Positions 52,099 through 63,960 are shown, numbered from the stretch's first letter. The stretch: DNA of 64,000 nucleotides from Anthoceros angustus (GCA_010909165.1 VJWM01000186.1:1-64000); one strand, 5' to 3'. Translations and numbers: made by a program. Notes: generated by a model not told the origin, from the letters alone.

Positions 52099-54840
52099 TT
52101 AACTCTTAGAAGCCGCGTCCGCGGTAAGCCATCCATACGGCCCCCCAGCCACTGTACCGGATCGCGGGAGGGCACATTGGTGACAATGCCACTCACCATC
52201 TGGTATCACCGTGAGTGGAGGCCGTAGGCAAAACACATGATAGCCCCGATTACATTTGTCACAAAGTATCATTAGCTCCGGGTCCGTGATGTGACCACAA
52301 AATTCGCAAGGCAAGTCAATCGATGGCTTCCAAGCCTGTGGCTGTGTCCTCGTGTCTAAGTTGGGCAGGTGACACGGTGCCAAGTGACGCATATGCTCCT
52401 TACAATGTCATCCATCCTGTCCTTCCAATTCAATGACACCCTGCTCACCCACACTCACCACCGTATCAGACATTACATCCAACGGCTCAAGGCGGTCTGT
52501 AAGTAAAAGTCCCCACTTCAAACTTCCTCGCCTTGGGTTTCCATGAGCCACCTCGCGTAAATGCATACCGGAGTTGGTCTCGGTGTTGTGCGATTGCTAA
52601 GTTGTCCATCGCCATTGGGATTACTCGCTGAAACAGCGTGGCTCGGTTTTGCAACTCCAAGAGACACTCTTCTGGATTCTGTGCCCAGTCTACCGGTTTG
52701 GAATAGGTATCAGCCACAATATTTGGCATCACAACGTTCCGTCCAAACATGATGTAATATGGGCTGAAGTTGCCCAGTGCATCTTGTACACTGATCCTAT
52801 ATCCCAATGCCACATGTGGCAACAACTCATCCCAGCAGCCGGGTTCAACCTCAGTGCAACATTTGCGGAGAGAATCCTTGAAAGTTTGTACTAACCATTC
52901 AGCCAACCCGTCAGCTTGAGGATGGTCCCGGGATGTGCGGCGGTGATCTATCAGCTTTGATCCAACAATGCTTGGAATTCACCACGAAACTCGTTGCCTT
53001 GGTCCGTCAATACTTCCGCACAGATCCCATATCTGCTGAGAACACACTGTAGAAATGCCTGGGCCATGTACTTGGAGCTTTTGATTGGAAGAAAAGCCAA
53101 CTCCACCCACTTTGAGAAGTGCTCTATCATCAACATGCAGTGCTTGTTGCCCTATCTTGTCACTGGCAGTTCATGCATCTGATCAACAGACCATCTAAAA
53201 AACAATCCCTTGATAGGCAGCGAATGTAATACCACATCCTGGCTGTTAAACCTTGCCTTCACTGCATCGCACGCAGCATCGCGCCACCACCTGTTCCACA
53301 TCAGCATACATACCTGACCAGAAGTATGTATTCTTCAGCATGTGATGTGTTCTCTTGACACCAAAATGCCCCAGCGTTTTGTGCACCTTGGTCACCAATG
53401 GTTTTCTTTCTTCCACGGGTGGCACCTCCTTGCTCACCCCTCGATCAATCATAAACACCTTACCGTCCTTGTATGTATAGCGAGCGATTCTTTGTTGTAA
53501 CTTCTGAAGAGCCATTGCATCCAAACCAGCTACATGCCCATCCCGCAACAACTGAATGGCACACTTGAGTTTCCATATGTCTCTACCCCCTTTTGATAGC
53601 TGTTGTTCGCTTCCTGGTTCCATGGACATCAATGCCAGGTACACGCTGGGCACGTGCTGAGTAAACCCGAAGTCTTGTCTGGCCCCAATGGTGTTTCCTG
53701 CCCCACACATCGGATTCCTGCTGAGCCTGTCGGCATTGAGATGCACCTTCCCTGCCCGGTGCACAATCTACATGTCGTGTTCTGACAACAGCAAAGCCCA
53801 TCTAGCAAGCTTCCCGCTCAGTTTCATATTTGTCATCAGCCAGTGCAATGGCTGATGATCCGTGACTAGCTGAAAGCTTCGGCCAAACAGATATACTCTA
53901 AAATGTAGAACCGCCCATATAGCAGCGAGACACTCTCCTTCATAGGACGAGTAATTGGCCTCCGCCGTGTTGTTAGATCTGCTCGCATAGGCGATGACCC
54001 GCTCTCTTCCTTCCTCATCAGTCTGTGCAAGCACGGCTCCGATGCCTACTGCAATGGCTGATGATCCGTGACTAGCTGAAAGCTTCGGCCAAACAGATAT
54101 ACTCTAAAATGTAGAACCGTCCATATAGCAGCGAGACACTCTCCTTCATAGGACGAGTAATTGGCCTTCGCCGTGTTGTTAGATCTGCTCGCATAGGCGA
54201 TGACCCGCTCTCTTCCTTCCTCATCAGTCTGTGCAAGCACGGCTCCGATGCCAACTGCACTCCAATCTGTATACAAGACGAAGGGCTTGTCAAATTTGGG
54301 CCTTTTAAGCATTGGTCTCTCTGCCAATTGTTCTTTTAACTCCTGCCATGCTTGCTCCTATTCCTTCTCCCATTGCCAATGGGCTTCCTTCTTGAGTAAC
54401 TCGTACAATGGCTTGCAGGTTCCGCTCATGTTTCTGATAAATCGGCGATAGTAATTCACCAGCCCCAGGAACGCTCTCAAGGCGGCTACATCTTTAGGTC
54501 TGGGCATAAGACTCACCGCTTGTACTTCAACTGTGGTAGCACTCCCCCTGGTACAATCTTATGCGCCACGTACTATATCTCCCTGTACGCGAATTTACAT
54601 TTCCTTGGGTGGGCCTTCAACCCAGACTTGGCTAGTCGCTGCAGCAGCACTTCTAAGTGTTCAAGGTTTCCTCCAGACTATTGCTGAATACTAGAATATC
54701 ATCAATGTAGCACTTGACAAACGACAACCCTTGTAGTTCCAAGTCAGCCACTCGTTGAAAGTATATGGATGCATTCTTCAAGCCGAATGGCATGGTTTCC
54801 CACTCCCACAGCTGCTCTTTGCCGTCCTTTCGGCACATGG
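52099..54840 (-). pseudogene. pol: Gypsy pol 3' half: RT (N-terminus deleted), RNase H, integrase, C-terminal PHD finger
   Basis: MPFGLKNA...YIDDILVF; YTDWS...VIAYASR...YEGECLAA...TDHQPL; HKTLGHFGV...CVRC; TDQGNEF...QADGLAE; PHD CEFC...CDKC...H..C...CHQC (52174-52308). Confidence 0.93.
53844..54255 (-). repeat. 206 bp tandem duplication within RNase H
   Basis: 53844-54049 repeated at 54050-54255 (ORFs 53768-54034 and 54046-54327 are nearly identical); ACTGCA-like microhomology at the junction. Confidence 0.9.
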
Positions 54841-55170
54841 CCATATGTATGGCCAAGCCCACACTTACCAGCCATCGCATACAAGCTATGTCGAAGGCTT
54901 GCCCGATCAACCTGCACCGGAATGATTCAGACACACCAGGTGTGAGAGTGCCACCTGCGCCAAACCCCATGGCCCGTTCTCGCTCTGTTATTGTAGGCTC
55001 CCCTACTTCATTTCCGTTCGTGTCCAGCACCATGCCTTCTCCTCCTTTAGGGTTTCTTCTCCATATGACTGTATGGTCCTGACGAGTGTGGGCCATGCCC
55101 TTCTCGGTTTTCCCACCACGTTCACTGGGTAGTGTGGCAACTTATCTCCCTTGCGCACTTGCTGTGAGCG
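54840..55170 (-). pseudogene. DNMT3-like C5 MTase C-terminal part (TRD end, motifs IX-X), in frame with RT
   Basis: QQVRKGDKLPHYPVNVVGKPRRAWPTLV, frameshift, then EPTITERERAMGF (IX) and RCRLIGQAFDIACMRWL (X; cf. DNMT3A RQRLLGRSWSVPVIRHL), running into RT in ORF 54653-55096. Confidence 0.85.
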
Positions 55171-55193
55171 TCAAGAAAGCAGGTGTTCATAAT

Positions 55194-56335
55194 TGTTGAG
55201 GATGCAGCTTACTGAGTTTGTTAAGATGGATATGAGTATGCGTAAAAGATGTAGGTGATTGAGCTTACTATAAGTATATAGAAGTGGGTAAATGGGAAAC
55301 ATATACCCCATATTGAGTAGGAAACGTGAGTGACACTTTTTAGGGTTTAAAAAGGGGTGAGACCAGCTAGCTATAGCAGGTTCAGTTCTTTGACTATTGT
55401 CTTGTGTTGTTTACTCAAAGTTGCTCTTCATTTGTGTTTTAAAGCCTCGTTTAGGTGGTCTTAGTTTTGAAATTCTGAACACCTGCTTTCTTGACTCTTC
55501 TGACCCTCTTGAAGCATGGCTAGCTTCCAATCTCAACAGGTTATGGGCCCACACACCCAAGGCATGGTGACACTACAAGTCATTTCCAAATTTGGTGGTA
55601 ACAACTTCAACTCGTGGAAGTTCAAGATGCAGATGCTGTTGGCTGAGAAAGGCTTGTGGAGGATAGTGTCAGGAACTAAGCAACGCCCTATAGAAGTGGA
55701 GTGACAATCCAAGTGGGACGAGAATGTAGGCAAAGCTTTTGCAACCATTTGCTTCAATTTGGACGATGCACAATTAATGCAGGTGACTTCTTGTAAAACT
55801 GCAAGGGAAGCTTGGCAAAAGCTGGAGGCGCTGTATGAGAACAAGAGCCTTGTGAACCGCTTGTTTTTGAGGAGAAGGTTCTTCACTCTTCAAATGGGTG
55901 GAGAAGAAATTCTTCCTCCGAGGAGATATCCAACAAGGGAGCATCGTCCACCAAGAGATTGGAGAGAAGGACCAGAGTTTACATCCATTGCTATGGAATA
56001 TGGGAGGGAACCAAGAACGATAGCTGAAGCACTACAAGGGAAGGATGCAAAGCAATGGAAAGAAGCTATGGATGATGAGATGAAGTCGTTGAGGAAGAAT
56101 GACACTTGGGTATTAACCTCCTTGCCTGTAGGAAGGAATGCTATTGGGAGCAAATGGGTGTTTAGAATCAAGAGAGATTCTAATGGTCAGATTGAAAGAT
56201 ATAAAGCAAGATTTGTGGTGAAGGATATAGCTAAGAACAAGGCATCAATTACAATGAGACCTTTGCTCCAGTGGCCAAATTTGTGTCAATAAGGACTTTA
56301 CTTGCAGTGGGAGCAATTGATGCTTTGGATATTGG
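55194..56335 (+). mobile_element. Copia-A 5' end: 345 bp LTR (55194-55538), half-tRNA-iMet PBS (55539-55551), gag, internal deletion, RT N-terminus
   Basis: TGTTGAG...CTCAACA termini; PBS GGTTATGGGCCCA; KFGGNNFNSWKFKMQMLL; AWQKLEALY; EPRTIAEAL...WKEAMDDEM...KWVFRIK...YKARFV. Confidence 0.92.
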
Positions 56336-58345
56336 GGTTAAGCTGCCCCTCAAAACAAGTAAATTGCGGCATCTCCAAGCCGCAACCGCCTTTGGCAATC
56401 CTCCTACTATTGGCTTCTTGCCTCTTCCTGTGCCGCCGCCTGAGGGCGAGCCCCTGGCGGGCGCTTCCTTCCCTTTTCCCCTCGCTCCTCGAGTCATGGT
56501 TCCTCCTTACTCCCCAAGTGTCTTCAAACCTGGAAGGAAATTGCTTCTCAATTCCAGGTTGCTTGGCAATCTCAGAGCTTTACTCCCAGGCACTTCTCCT
56601 TCTCGCTACTGGCAGCAAACCCCACCTGATGCACAATTGCAACGTTAGTCCTGGCTTGCCTCCCCAGCTGCTGTCCTTCTTCTTCGCGACACCTTCTTCC
56701 AGGGCAAGGCACCACCAGTACGGCAGGCTCGGTGCTCCTTCTTGCGCCCTCAATCTCCGCAGTTGCGACACACCAGGTGCTTTGACCTCGTGCCTCCAGC
56801 CCTTCACAACGCCTTCAACAACTCGCGGCGACTGGAGAGCTCCTCTCGCTCCGGGACTCCTTGCGCCTTCCTCTTCCCTTCTCCTTCTCCTTCTCGCCCT
56901 AGGGTTTCTGGCTGCTCTTTCTTGACTCGCTCACAGCCTCTTTCTCCTAGCAATTTGCTCGCGACGGCCGTGCTCCCTTTCCTTCTCTTCCTCCTCTTCA
57001 AGCTCGAGAGTAAGCACTTCGCGCGAAGTGGAGATGCTCCAGTTCGAGGTGAGAGATGGCGCTGCTTGAATTGGACTTTCCTCCCACAGATGTGCGCCAC
57101 GCGGCCGTTTCTTCACCCTAGATTAAGGCTATTGTCCTAAAATACTATTTTCCCCCTTAGGTGGCCTATTTACCTATTCGATTTCGACCGCTAATTAATG
57201 ACCCCCTAATTAATATACTCCTAATTAATTATTCCCTATTTTAGCCTGTTTATCTAATTTTCTATTGGTGGGCATATATAGCAGCTATATCCTGTCCTTA
57301 AATTCCTACTTCCTATTTGAGGTGTCCTTAGCCTACGACAGTGAACTGCCAGCCTACCGTGGTAGGCTGCCCGCATCCTTTGGGCTCCCCAGCCTATCGT
57401 CGCAGGGGCCTACGGTAGTAGGGTGTCAACCTACCGCCCACTTAGGCTACCTACCTGCTTCACTACGGGGTCATTTTGACCCGTTTCTCTTCCCCTCTAT
57501 ATCCTCTATGCCTGCCTGACAGTATCCTACAATTCCAACTTCAAAAGGAACAAAAAAGTTCCGGCATGTCTTCCCCAATTAATTCTTTACCAAAAGAGTT
57601 CGAACCTGTTCCAAATTAAATCAACTTAAACTAGTGGCCCAAATTTTTGCGTTCCACATAAGGCGGCGTAAGGTAACCGCGCCAGGGGGAGGTCATATGT
57701 GAGGTCCCCCCTATAAGAGGAAGGAGCTTTGTGAAGTAAAGTATCGTGTCTTGCGCTCCCATCCTCCCGAGTCCTTCGCTTTGTGTGCAGGAATTTCGTG
57801 CCGGCTGCAAGCCAACGCAGTGTTTGGTAAAGAGGTGCGTGGCTCGGAGTGCTAGGGAGGGTTTGCTCTGCAGCCCGCCGCCTGCCCCTTGTGAATGGTT
57901 GCTGTGTGAATTGTTTTACTTTGAGTGTGTGGCGATGCTCAAGGAACTCTCGGGTTGAGGGTAGACTGCAAGGAAAGACTCCCTGGAGGTTCTCGCTGTT
58001 TGGTGCAAACCACATAGCAACCGGCCCAAGGAAGAACTCATTGATTCATGGACGGACCCCAGGCAGTTGTGCCGTAAGGGCGAGTTGGAATTAATGAGCC
58101 AGCAAGAGGTGTTAGAATAGGAGATTGTGGAAGGAGAAGGATTAGATGAGTAGAAAGGAAGAGAGCATTGTTGGTTGAGGAGGTTGACAAGAGGATTAGA
58201 GTGTAGGAAAAGTGAAAGGCCCAAGGCAGAGCCTACAGAATGAATCCCAAATCTGCGGCAAGAGGGCGCTCCTAGTGTCGGAGGAGCTGGTCTTAGGGGT
58301 AGGGATAAAATCAAGGTGTGGGTCAGGGGGTCCCTGGGCACCTGT
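56335..58345 (+). mobile_element. Family Y segment: antisense accessory-ORF N-terminus (56340-57116, minus), AT-rich/palindrome block (57120-57660), LTR portion (57690-58345)
   Basis: Same order as 27104-29723 plus 42940-43662. 57690-58345 is collinear with 48455-49060. Confidence 0.6.
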
Positions 58346-58474
58346 GGCAGTCTCCTTGCTGCTAAGGTATGACATGCAATTGTGTTGTGTCATTGTAGGT
58401 CGAGAATTGTTGAATTTTCGGAGCAGTGCAGGTGGTGCAGCTGCTGTAAGGGAAAAATTAGTGGGCGTCTTGCT

Positions 58475-58965
58475 TGTTGAGTGTGAGAATGCAGCTTATT
58501 GAATTTGTTAAGATGGATATGACTATGCGTAAAAGATGTAGGTGATTGAGCTTACTATAAGTATATAGAAGTGGGTAAATGGGAAACATATACCCCATAT
58601 TGAGTAGGAAACGTGAGTGACACTTTTTAAGGTTTAAAAAGGGGTGAGGCTAGCTAGCTGCAGCAGGTTCAACTCTTTTGACTACTGTTCAACTCTTTGA
58701 CTACTGTCTTTGTGTTGTTTGCTCAAAGTTGCTCTTTATTTTTGTTTTAAGGCCTCGTTTAGGTGGTCTTAGTTTTGCAATTCTTGTTGAGATTGGAAGC
58801 TAGCCATGCTTCAAGAGGGTTAGAAGTGTCAAGAAAGCAAGTGTTCAGAATTTCAAAACTAAGACCACCTAAATGAGGCTTTAAAACACAAATGAAGAGC
58901 AACTTTGAGTAAACAACACAAAGACAACAGTCAAGAGCTGAACCTGTTATAGCTAGCTGGTCTTT
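58475..58965. repeat. Copia-A LTR (58475-58784, +) abutting an inverted Copia-A LTR end (58785-58965, -)
   Basis: The first part matches 55194-55480. From 58785 the sequence is the reverse complement of 55538 backwards (TGTTGAGATTGGAAGCTAGCC...). Confidence 0.9.
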
Positions 58966-58979
58966 CCACGGTCTCCCAC

Positions 58980-60140
58980 CATTTCATGGGTGCCAGAGGG
59001 AGAGGCACCCGATCACCCTCACACGGTAGGCTACCGCGATAGGCAAGCAGCTTATGGCAGTAGGGAAGCAACCTACCATGGTAGGGAAGCCACCTACGCC
59101 AATAGGCAGGCAGCCTACGGCGGTAGGGAAGGAGAAGGAAGGGCAGCGCGAGGCACCGAGGGCCGCGCCAAGACAGCAGCTGCCCGCATCAGGAGGGAGA
59201 GGAGATGGAGCGACGGTGCGGGGGTCTACCCCATCGCGCGGCGGTCAGGAGGCCAGCCAAAGAGATGTGAGGGCGCTGGAAATTCCCAGCAAAAGGCCGG
59301 AGGGGTCTGGATTGGAACCCCTAGGAGAATTGCTAAGTGTTTGTGAGACACTTAGCCGGGTAGACTTGAAGAAGGCAAGGAAAATGGCAGCCTCCCTTCT
59401 GGCATGTCAAGAAGAAGTCAGGGCGAATAAGGCCCGGGAAATGGAGGAAAGGCAGGCAGGGACCCGTTGGCAACTTGAAGCCATGGAGTCCGATGAGAAA
59501 GCGGTGAAGAGGGAGAAAATTGTGGAGAAACTCCAACAAGACATTGTGGATCACAAGCGAACAAAGAAGACCCTGGAAGGGAAGCTGTCCCAATTGGAAA
59601 AGAGGGCCGTCCAAGCCACCAATCAGCGAGATACATGGAAGCAAAAGGCGGAGGATCACTATGCCCAACTAGAGCAGGAGCGACGAGTGAAATCCAAGGC
59701 TCTAGGGAGGGAGAGGCGAGCAGCCCAACAAGTGGAAGCACAAGAGCAGGTTTTGACTGCCCAAGCCATCAAAATCCGGGATGTGGAAGAGGAGCTGCGA
59801 AAAACCCTGCTAAGCCTAGAAGTGAGGAGTACGGAGTTAATCAGGCAACATCTCCAAGTGCAAGGGCTAGAGCGTGAGAAGGATGCTTGACAGGAGGAGC
59901 AGGAGAAATTTGCCAAGCAAGTGGCAGACCTGGAGCAAAAGAAGAGTCCAGGAAGAGGAGCGCCACAAGAAGGTGGTGCACAGGATGCTGATAGTTAGGA
60001 AGAGACGGTTTCGGGCGGATTATGCCTTTCAATCGAAACTCAGCCAGCTCAAGGATGTCAATGAGGAGAATGTCGCTCTTCATGTAAGGGTAGGAGAATT
60101 AACGTTGGCAAGAGATGCCTACAAGGGTAGGTGCGAAGAT
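58980..60140 (+). pseudogene. Coiled-coil part of a TE accessory ORF (family Y-related)
   Basis: ORF 59054-59890 is E/K/Q/R-rich with heptad character. It starts with CTACC-NN-GGTAGG repeats (59030-59130) and its end parallels 47450-47560. Confidence 0.55.
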
Positions 60141-60876
60141 GGAGAGTCTCTACAGCTCTCTTCTCTTCTTAGCTGCTAGAGTATCTTCAAGCTCCTTCCT
60201 ACATGGCAACAGTCTGGTACTCTTAGTGGATGAAGCTATACAATAACATTCAAGCGTAAGAGGTATCAGATTTCTGGATAACCTGCCCTACCATTTTACG
60301 TGTGCTGGGCTCTATGGTGCTCCACCGTCTACTTCTGTGACGTAACCCAACAACACAAACTCCCTCACTAGTGCCCTGCACTCTATGGCAATCAGCGGAG
60401 TACTAGGTTCACCTCTGGAGGTTTGCGTGCGACCAAAGCCTCGAGTTTGTAAGTTCTGGCCTGCACTGCGCTCAATAGGTCACTAAGCTCTTTGCTCTTC
60501 TCCAGGATCTCCATAGGCTGCAGAGCAAGTTGCGATCAGCCATTGTTGGGGAGTCTGCTCTAGGAAGTGGATCTCTCTAGGAGTGAATTGGGGAGGTCTC
60601 CTAGACCGCTGGGAAGCCAACACTTCTTACTTCCTTATTGACTGCACTTCCTTATTGGCTACGCATTACTACAACAACTATTTTAACTAATAACCAACAG
60701 CTACTCATATTTATTTTATAAGCAAAATTAAAACAAAAAAACTTGATTGAACAAAAAATAAGTACTCACATTAGTAAAACGATGCAAATTATCAATCAAC
60801 CAATTAATTAATCAACTAAAATTTTGGATACCCCATGGTCACATTAGACTCTGTCGACCCAGAAAGACTATCCTCA

Positions 60877-63800
60877 TCAATTGAGTCCTTCCTTTGCGAG
60901 TTCCAGATCACCAGCTTCGTAGTTCCCGGACTCTATCCCGAGTTCCACTGGCTCGGGAGGTGGGTCACCCTACAGTCATGAAGACTTCATTGCATCAAGT
61001 AAATACTCGCTGATGTCTAAGAGATCAGGCAACAAGCACCACACCAGCTACCCTGTGTCCGTCCAAGATTCTTCACTGCCATATTCAAATTGAAGCTGAC
61101 AAAATGGGTTCTGTGAGATTACACACGCTTACAGTTGCATAGCTGTCATACGCCAGAACACTAGATGCAAGTCGCCATCTGACACATCCCTGTGAATACA
61201 CATAGCACCTGCAAAGACACCCACCTACTTAACAGCTCAGACTGAAGCGAGTATCACTCTCTGTTGATCTACTAAAACTCTTTGAAGATGATTTGCTACA
61301 GCCCGAAATGAAGAGCTATATCCTTGTCCTTCACAAGAAATGTAGAAACCTGCATAATCCTGCATCATATGTACTCTGACACCTCATGATGCACAATCCA
61401 ATATGAAGCCTTAAACGAGTTATTCCTAACCAAAGTTTTAGTTTGACAAAGTGGAAACCTGCGAAATCCAGCATCATATGCAAGCTGAGCAGCCCACGAG
61501 GCACGCCTGCTGGTTCTACCTGCTCTGATCAAGTGTTAGCATATCATAGTTCCATCTAACCCGGCTCCAGCTGAGCCCAATTCGAGAAAAAGAAAAAAAT
61601 GCTTGGCTGCAACTCTACCAGGCAACACAGATCTACTGGAAGCACCACCACCACCAGCTCTCACAAAAAGATGCAAAGCAGGATGGAAGTTGTAACAATA
61701 CAATGGAGAACGATGATGTCGCTAGGACAAAACTTCTGGAATCGGTACTGCCTTTCCCATTCCAATGACTCCATTGCCAATGCTCGGGGCCACTCCTCAA
61801 CTGCAAATCAGCAAACATAATGAGAACTTACAATTTCAGAAGCTGCTGAGAAGACACAATTCAGCATAATCTAGCCCAGTCAGGCACTCTGCAACCAAGT
61901 TTTTGGACACAAAGGAATGACATGTCATAAACTTATGAAACAAATCACAACAGAGATCTAGACACCCCTGCATCCTGGTAAACACCCTATACGCCAAGGC
62001 CCCAACCCCAACTTCAGGGGCCCTATGCAACAACCAGATGGCCACAAAAAAGGCAAGGATTTTAAGATGGAAACTCCACATTCTGGATCGAAAACCATGT
62101 TCAGTGATCAGTGATGAAATATTCTAGACAATACACCTTGGAAGAAGCTGCAACTTCCAGTAGCTTGGGTTCACAAAGAGCATGTCAGCCCATGACTGAG
62201 CTACAACTGAAATTTAGAGTGGAAGACGAATACTCCCTGCTCATCCCTACCCCAGGGGTTCGGTCACGTGCAAGATCATAATATGAATAATGGGCACATG
62301 CAAGCCTCCTGACAGTGCCTTAGCCATTTCCAATCGAAGTGTCTTACAACAATCAAGCTAGTTATGAGATTGAACAAAACCTGGAAGGTGGACAGATCCT
62401 TCAATAAAGCCATACAATGCTCTTTCGTCATGCCTCCGAACGTCAACGAATAGTAGTCTTCGCAAAGGAGTTAGATTGCAGACTTCCTTCCTCATCCTGT
62501 TAACAAGTAGTGCAGCAACTGCATCCCTGCATTTCAGAAGGAAAAATTTACTCTGTTACGGACATGCTGGAAGATATAGTGTGTAACGAATCATGTGGCA
62601 CAATGGGCATGCTTACATCTGAGCTTCCTGCAGAATATCCTGCAGTTCGTCTAGGCTCTACTTCACAGCCCATTCAGGTCAATCAAGAAAGTGCGTTTAT
62701 AGCACCAAGCATCATCTTGACGTCTTACGCCCTGAGAATTCAGTCATGCAACAGTCTGAACAGCTTGGGGAGTATGCGGTCAACGGCCCATAATGCTGAC
62801 AGCGTTGCAAGAACAATGCACACAGCTCATGGAAACCTCTGCATGTAGTAGCCCCGGATTTTGCAGGCAATGACGTGTCACAGGTAGAAGAAAGGAATCG
62901 AAGCTTCATATACACATCGACGCTGAGCCGGACCATGCCAATGGCCACTGGAAATGTATGAGGCACTATGAATACTGGTGAGAGTCATAGGAAACACTTG
63001 AGCAATCTAACTAAGAGAGCCTCAAAAAAGAACCAAGAAATTCTAGCTCCAGGTTCGTTATGGGGAGGCAAGTTCCACAACCAGGGAAAACTATTCAAGT
63101 CACACACAAGCGTTCTGCCACAGAGGATGATCACACAGTGCCGCTACGAGTACTCGACCAGTTGTAGTACCTGCTCTCACATCTGGACTTACCTAGAAAT
63201 TACATTTCTTGATCACACTGGACATACAGCCTACTTGCACTTCTCAACGTTGCTGATTGCAACAACAAACCCTATTCCAGAAGATTGAAAGCGAAGAGAT
63301 TACCTGCTGAGAAGCTTTGCTGGCGAGGCCTCAGGGTTGATAAGAGCCGTAAAGTACGCTGCAAGCCCACCCTCCACAACACAGCACCTGCATACACAGG
63401 CAATCTACCGAACAGTAAGAAAGTGCAAGCGATACAGGGGCCCTTGATGATGAGTTCACTGAGTTCAGTCGCACCACAGATGAAGGAGGCGCCTGACCCA
63501 TTCCCTTATCCAGAGAGGCGATTAAAAAGGATTCCTTGATTAGGTGTTCTGACCAGTAACCTATTCTAAGGTCCTGCTTGTCATGGAATGGTCGTTCCTG
63601 GACAATGTGCGGGAAAGTGGTTCCACATTGAAGTCTCTCCAAGCCCCTCCTAGGTTTTGAACAGTAAGATGGGATGCAAACGCACATGGATCACACATTG
63701 CAGGGTAACGAATACCCGCTGTAGCCGAGTTCCGCAGCCGCAGTTGCTGCTCGCTGCGCTCTTCGTCCTGTGGTCGACAGGAAGAGCAAGAGGTCGCCTC

Positions 63801-63960
63801 TGACAGGATGCTTCGCGGATGGGAACCGGCTCTTCCATTGTCTGTTCGAAAACTGTAAGCACAGCTTCAGCTCTAACTCTGCAAAACGCAGCAGATACAC
63901 CTGAGGCAATCCTGGAAACGGACAAGTCCCTCTAATGGTTGCCCAAATAGATCGTTTACC
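60877..63960 (-). CDS. Host gene: tandem (two-domain) rhodanese/sulfurtransferase-like protein, spliced; 5' end uncertain or outside the window
   Basis: Phase-consistent GT-AG exons 63716-63878, 63304-63387, 62381-62526, 61702-61800, 61459-61519, 61133-61208, 60877-60969. They translate without stops to ...FLSTTGRRAQRAATAAAELGYSGCCVVEGGLAAY...DVRRHDERALYGFIEGSVHLPVEEWPRAL...LHCRTSRRASWAAQLAYDAGFRRCYVYSQG...GDPPPEP...GLN*. Confidence 0.85.

Noticed and set aside
60180-60840. Possible further TE or ORF (PMEILEKSKELSDLLSAVQARTYKLEAL, minus) and AT-rich tract
   Set aside because: Too short to classify; no termini or domain motifs recognised.
61836-62340. Callose-synthase-like phrases (MWSF, WNG) in minus-strand ORFs
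   Set aside because: They fall in an intron or the wrong frame of the rhodanese gene, whose exon chain is fully phase-consistent without them.
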